DNA of 63,768 nucleotides, filler included, from Octopus bimaculoides (lineage: Eukaryota), in assembly GCF_001194135.2 (NCBI RefSeq). It is 4 parts of 4 records of this genome, joined end to end, with 100 filler letters (N's around TTAATTAATTAA, not from the genome) between each part and the next. Parts side by side here need not be neighbours in the genome. Positions count along the whole stretch, not along the records: positions 59,304 to 63,768 come from NC_069002.1; 3 more parts are not named here. One strand, written 5' to 3'. The position numbers and the translations under genes are program-made. Below are positions 61,588-63,768 of the stretch, one piece after another; position 1 is the first letter of the stretch; every line of letters begins with the position of its first letter. The notes below the pieces were generated by a model. It ran no database searches. It was not told where the DNA came from and worked only from the letters and a program-made list of their open reading frames with translations.

Positions 61588-61952
61588 TAACCTCCATCTT
61601 AGCCAAGGCAGAGGTATTGTTTTCAGTCGTGTTTGTTTGTTTGATTGTAGACAAGATATCTCAAGAACCACTGGATGGATTCAGAGGAAACTTTCAGGTA
61701 TGTTTGGCCTCGTGACTGGCACAAACTGATTAGATTTTGGGATCGATCCAGTACCGGACAAAGATTCTGGATTATTTTTCTTGTTTTTTTTTACTTAATT
61801 TTTGAGAGCGGTCAGGTTCATTTTTAGTATTCTTGTTTGTGAGAGCAGTCAAGTTTATTTCAGATATTCTCATTTTAAAAATCATCTCTGGCTAGTCATT
61901 GTGAGGATGTAGGTGTTGCCTTGGCAGAAGTTTGCACTCTCTGAGTGCTCTC
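61588..61952 (+). mobile_element. Helentron-associated non-autonomous element (HINE/DINE-1-like)
   Basis: 5' hairpin ACCTC...GAGGT; subterminal IR GCCAAGGCA (61602-61610) and TGCCTTGGC (61917-61925); (GTTT)n after the 5' IR; 3' hairpin GCACTC-TCT-GAGTGC (61934-61948); inserted in (ATT)n. Confidence 0.75.
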
Positions 61953-61970
61953 ATTATTATTATTATTATC

Positions 61971-62201
61971 ATGGTGACAATCTGGCAAAGAAGTTAGCAC
62001 ACTGGGCAAAACACTTAGCAAACACTCCTTCTGGCTTTGCATCCTGAGTTCAAATTCCACCAGGATCAACTATGCTTTTCATCATGCCAAGAGTCGATAA
62101 AATAAAGTACCTGTTGAACACAGGGAACAATTGACTAACCCTGCACCAAACTTTTCTGGCCATGTGCTAAAATTTGAAACCATTATTATTATTAATATTA
62201 T
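61971..62201 (+). mobile_element. SINE family A, third tandem copy (more decayed)
   Basis: CTGGCAAAGAAGTTAGCACACTGGGCAAAA...GAGTTCAAATTCC...GCTTTTCATC...GGCCATGTGCTAAAATTTGAAAC-(ATT)n. Confidence 0.75.
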
Positions 62202-62432
62202 TTGGCAAGCTGGCAGAATCGTTAGCACACCGGGCAAAATGCTTAGCAGTATTTTATCTGCCGCTACGTTCTGAGTTCAAATTCTGTGAAGTTCAACTTT
62301 GCCTTTCATCCTTTCAGGGTCGATTAAATAAGTACCAGTTATGCACTGGGGTCGATGTAATCGACTTAATCTCTTTGTCTGTCCCTGTTTGTCCCCTCTA
62401 TGTTTAGCTCCTTGTGGGCAATAAAGAAATAA

Positions 62433-62473
<41 letters not shown>
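62202..62473 (+). mobile_element. SINE family A, fourth copy, with an alternative 3' end
   Basis: Same head and centre, but ends TTAATCTCTTTGTCTGTCCCTGTTTGTCCCCTCTATGTTTAGCTCCTTGTGGGCAATAAAGAAATAA-(ATT)n. Confidence 0.85.
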
Positions 62474-62719
62474 CAGTCCGTCCTAAGTCAAGTGATGACG
62501 AAGACTGCATTAGGAATGTCAGGTGCTGACAGTCCTTAACCAGTTGGGAAATGCAGCAGGTGGAATTTCAACATTAGGTTTTTCTACAGCACTAACAGCA
62601 GTGGGTGTAAGACAATGATACGCTTGGGGAAAACTTCAGACTTTCAGGATAATCAACTGGTTGGTCTGTTCCAAGAGACTTTCATCCTAGTGATTTTATT
62701 TATCTATTTATTTATTTAC

Positions 62720-63003
62720 TTGTTTCAGTCAGACTGTGGCCAAGCTGGGGCACAACCTTGAAGAATTTTAGTCGAACGAATTAACCCCAGGATTTATTTT
62801 TATTTTTAAGCCCGGTACTTATTTAGTCACTTTTGTCAAACCGTTAAGTTACAGTTGTATATGTAAACATATACAACTGGCTTCTTTCGGTTTCTGTTGG
62901 CCAAATCCACTCACAAGGCTTTGGTTGACCTGAGTTTATAGAAGAAAACACTTGCCCAAGGTGCCATGCAGTGGGACTGAACCAGGAACCATGTCGTTAG
63001 CAG
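62720..63003 (-). mobile_element. SINE family D, body and most of the head
   Basis: CACTTGCCCAAGGTGCCATGCAGTGGGACTGAACCAGGAACCATG (reverse complement B box GGTTCAGTCCC, CORE-like CACCTTGGGCAAGTG) plus tail. Confidence 0.8.
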
Positions 63004-63375
63004 TGCTATGAGGACACATTGCCAATCTGAGATGACTTTGACGTGCAAAGAAATGCCATTAGCCAAGTATGTCTGAGATACCCTCCAAAGTGACAGAACA
63101 TGCACTGGTTCCATGTTTGAACTAGGGAATCAAAGAATCAGAGCTCACAGTAATCCATGTAACTAACATGGATTACAAAACAGCTCTCAACTAAAGGAAT
63201 AAACATCTGCTCTTTAACCTAACTGATCAAATTTTATATATATATATATATACATATACATCAACATGGTCACAACCTTACGGCTGAAACATGTAAAAGA
63301 ATAAAAGAAAATTTATATATAATATATATATGAATATATATATATACTTTTATTAGAGCTGCAAAATCTTCACAA

Positions 63376-63417
63376 AACAGTTACTCAGAGTTTCACATTC
63401 CTATTCATCAGACAGTT
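63376..63417 (-). ncRNA. Degenerate type I hammerhead-like motif
   Basis: Reverse complement AACTGT-CTGATGA-ATAGGAATGT-GAAAC-TCTGA-GTA-ACTGTT; both boxes intact, stem I 5/6, weak stem II. Confidence 0.45.
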
Positions 63418-63496
63418 GTAATGAATAGTATATTACTCTGCCTTAGGTATTTGAGCACTATTTTTCTTCCATCTTGTTTTGCATTTATGTGCTTAT

Positions 63497-63554
<58 letters not shown>

Positions 63555-63711
63555 GCTTACACACATGCACATTTACATACATGCATACATACAAGCATAT
63601 ACATGCATGTATATATGCATAGACATACATATATATACACACAATACACTTACACATACACACACATATATATACACAATACACTTACACACACATATAC
63701 ACAACACACAT

Positions 63712-63763
<52 letters not shown>

Positions 63764-63768
63764 ATATA

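Noticed and set aside
1-63768. Prokaryotic or phage systems (CRISPR, operons, rRNA)
   Set aside because: No gene-dense ORFs, repeat-spacer arrays or rRNA-like sequence; the window is repeat-rich animal DNA.

Overview
AT-rich animal genomic DNA, dense in microsatellites and broken by about 15 N-gaps. The SINE families point to an octopus/coleoid cephalopod (inference from recalled repeat families). Most explicable sequence is transposon-derived: (i) 5'-truncated R4/Dong-type non-LTR retrotransposons with a C-terminal CCHC knuckle and restriction-like endonuclease (RLE), in two head-to-tail arrays, one in (TAA)n (756-4338) and one in (ACAT)n (11243-14944); (ii) RTE LINE fragments; (iii) a decayed Tc1 DD34E transposon; (iv) Penelope-like (PLE) GIY-YIG remnants and several fold-back elements carrying hammerhead-ribozyme (HHR) cores; (v) at least three tRNA-derived SINE families, a Helentron-associated HINE and a mariner-type MITE. 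I recognise no intact named host gene, rRNA, true tRNA or CRISPR array, though a few minus-strand segments look like exons of an unidentified gene. Most notable: a tRNA-headed, HHR-tailed fold-back element (31251-31824), a near-intact minimal HHR (32733-32778), an (ACAT)n-associated RLE LINE family whose 3' UTR carries its own apparent target repeat, a 22/23-nt SINE/RTE tail match, and a ~3 kb decayed minus-strand coding-like block (48700-51800) that could be viral. All calls are by eye and fragment boundaries are approximate.
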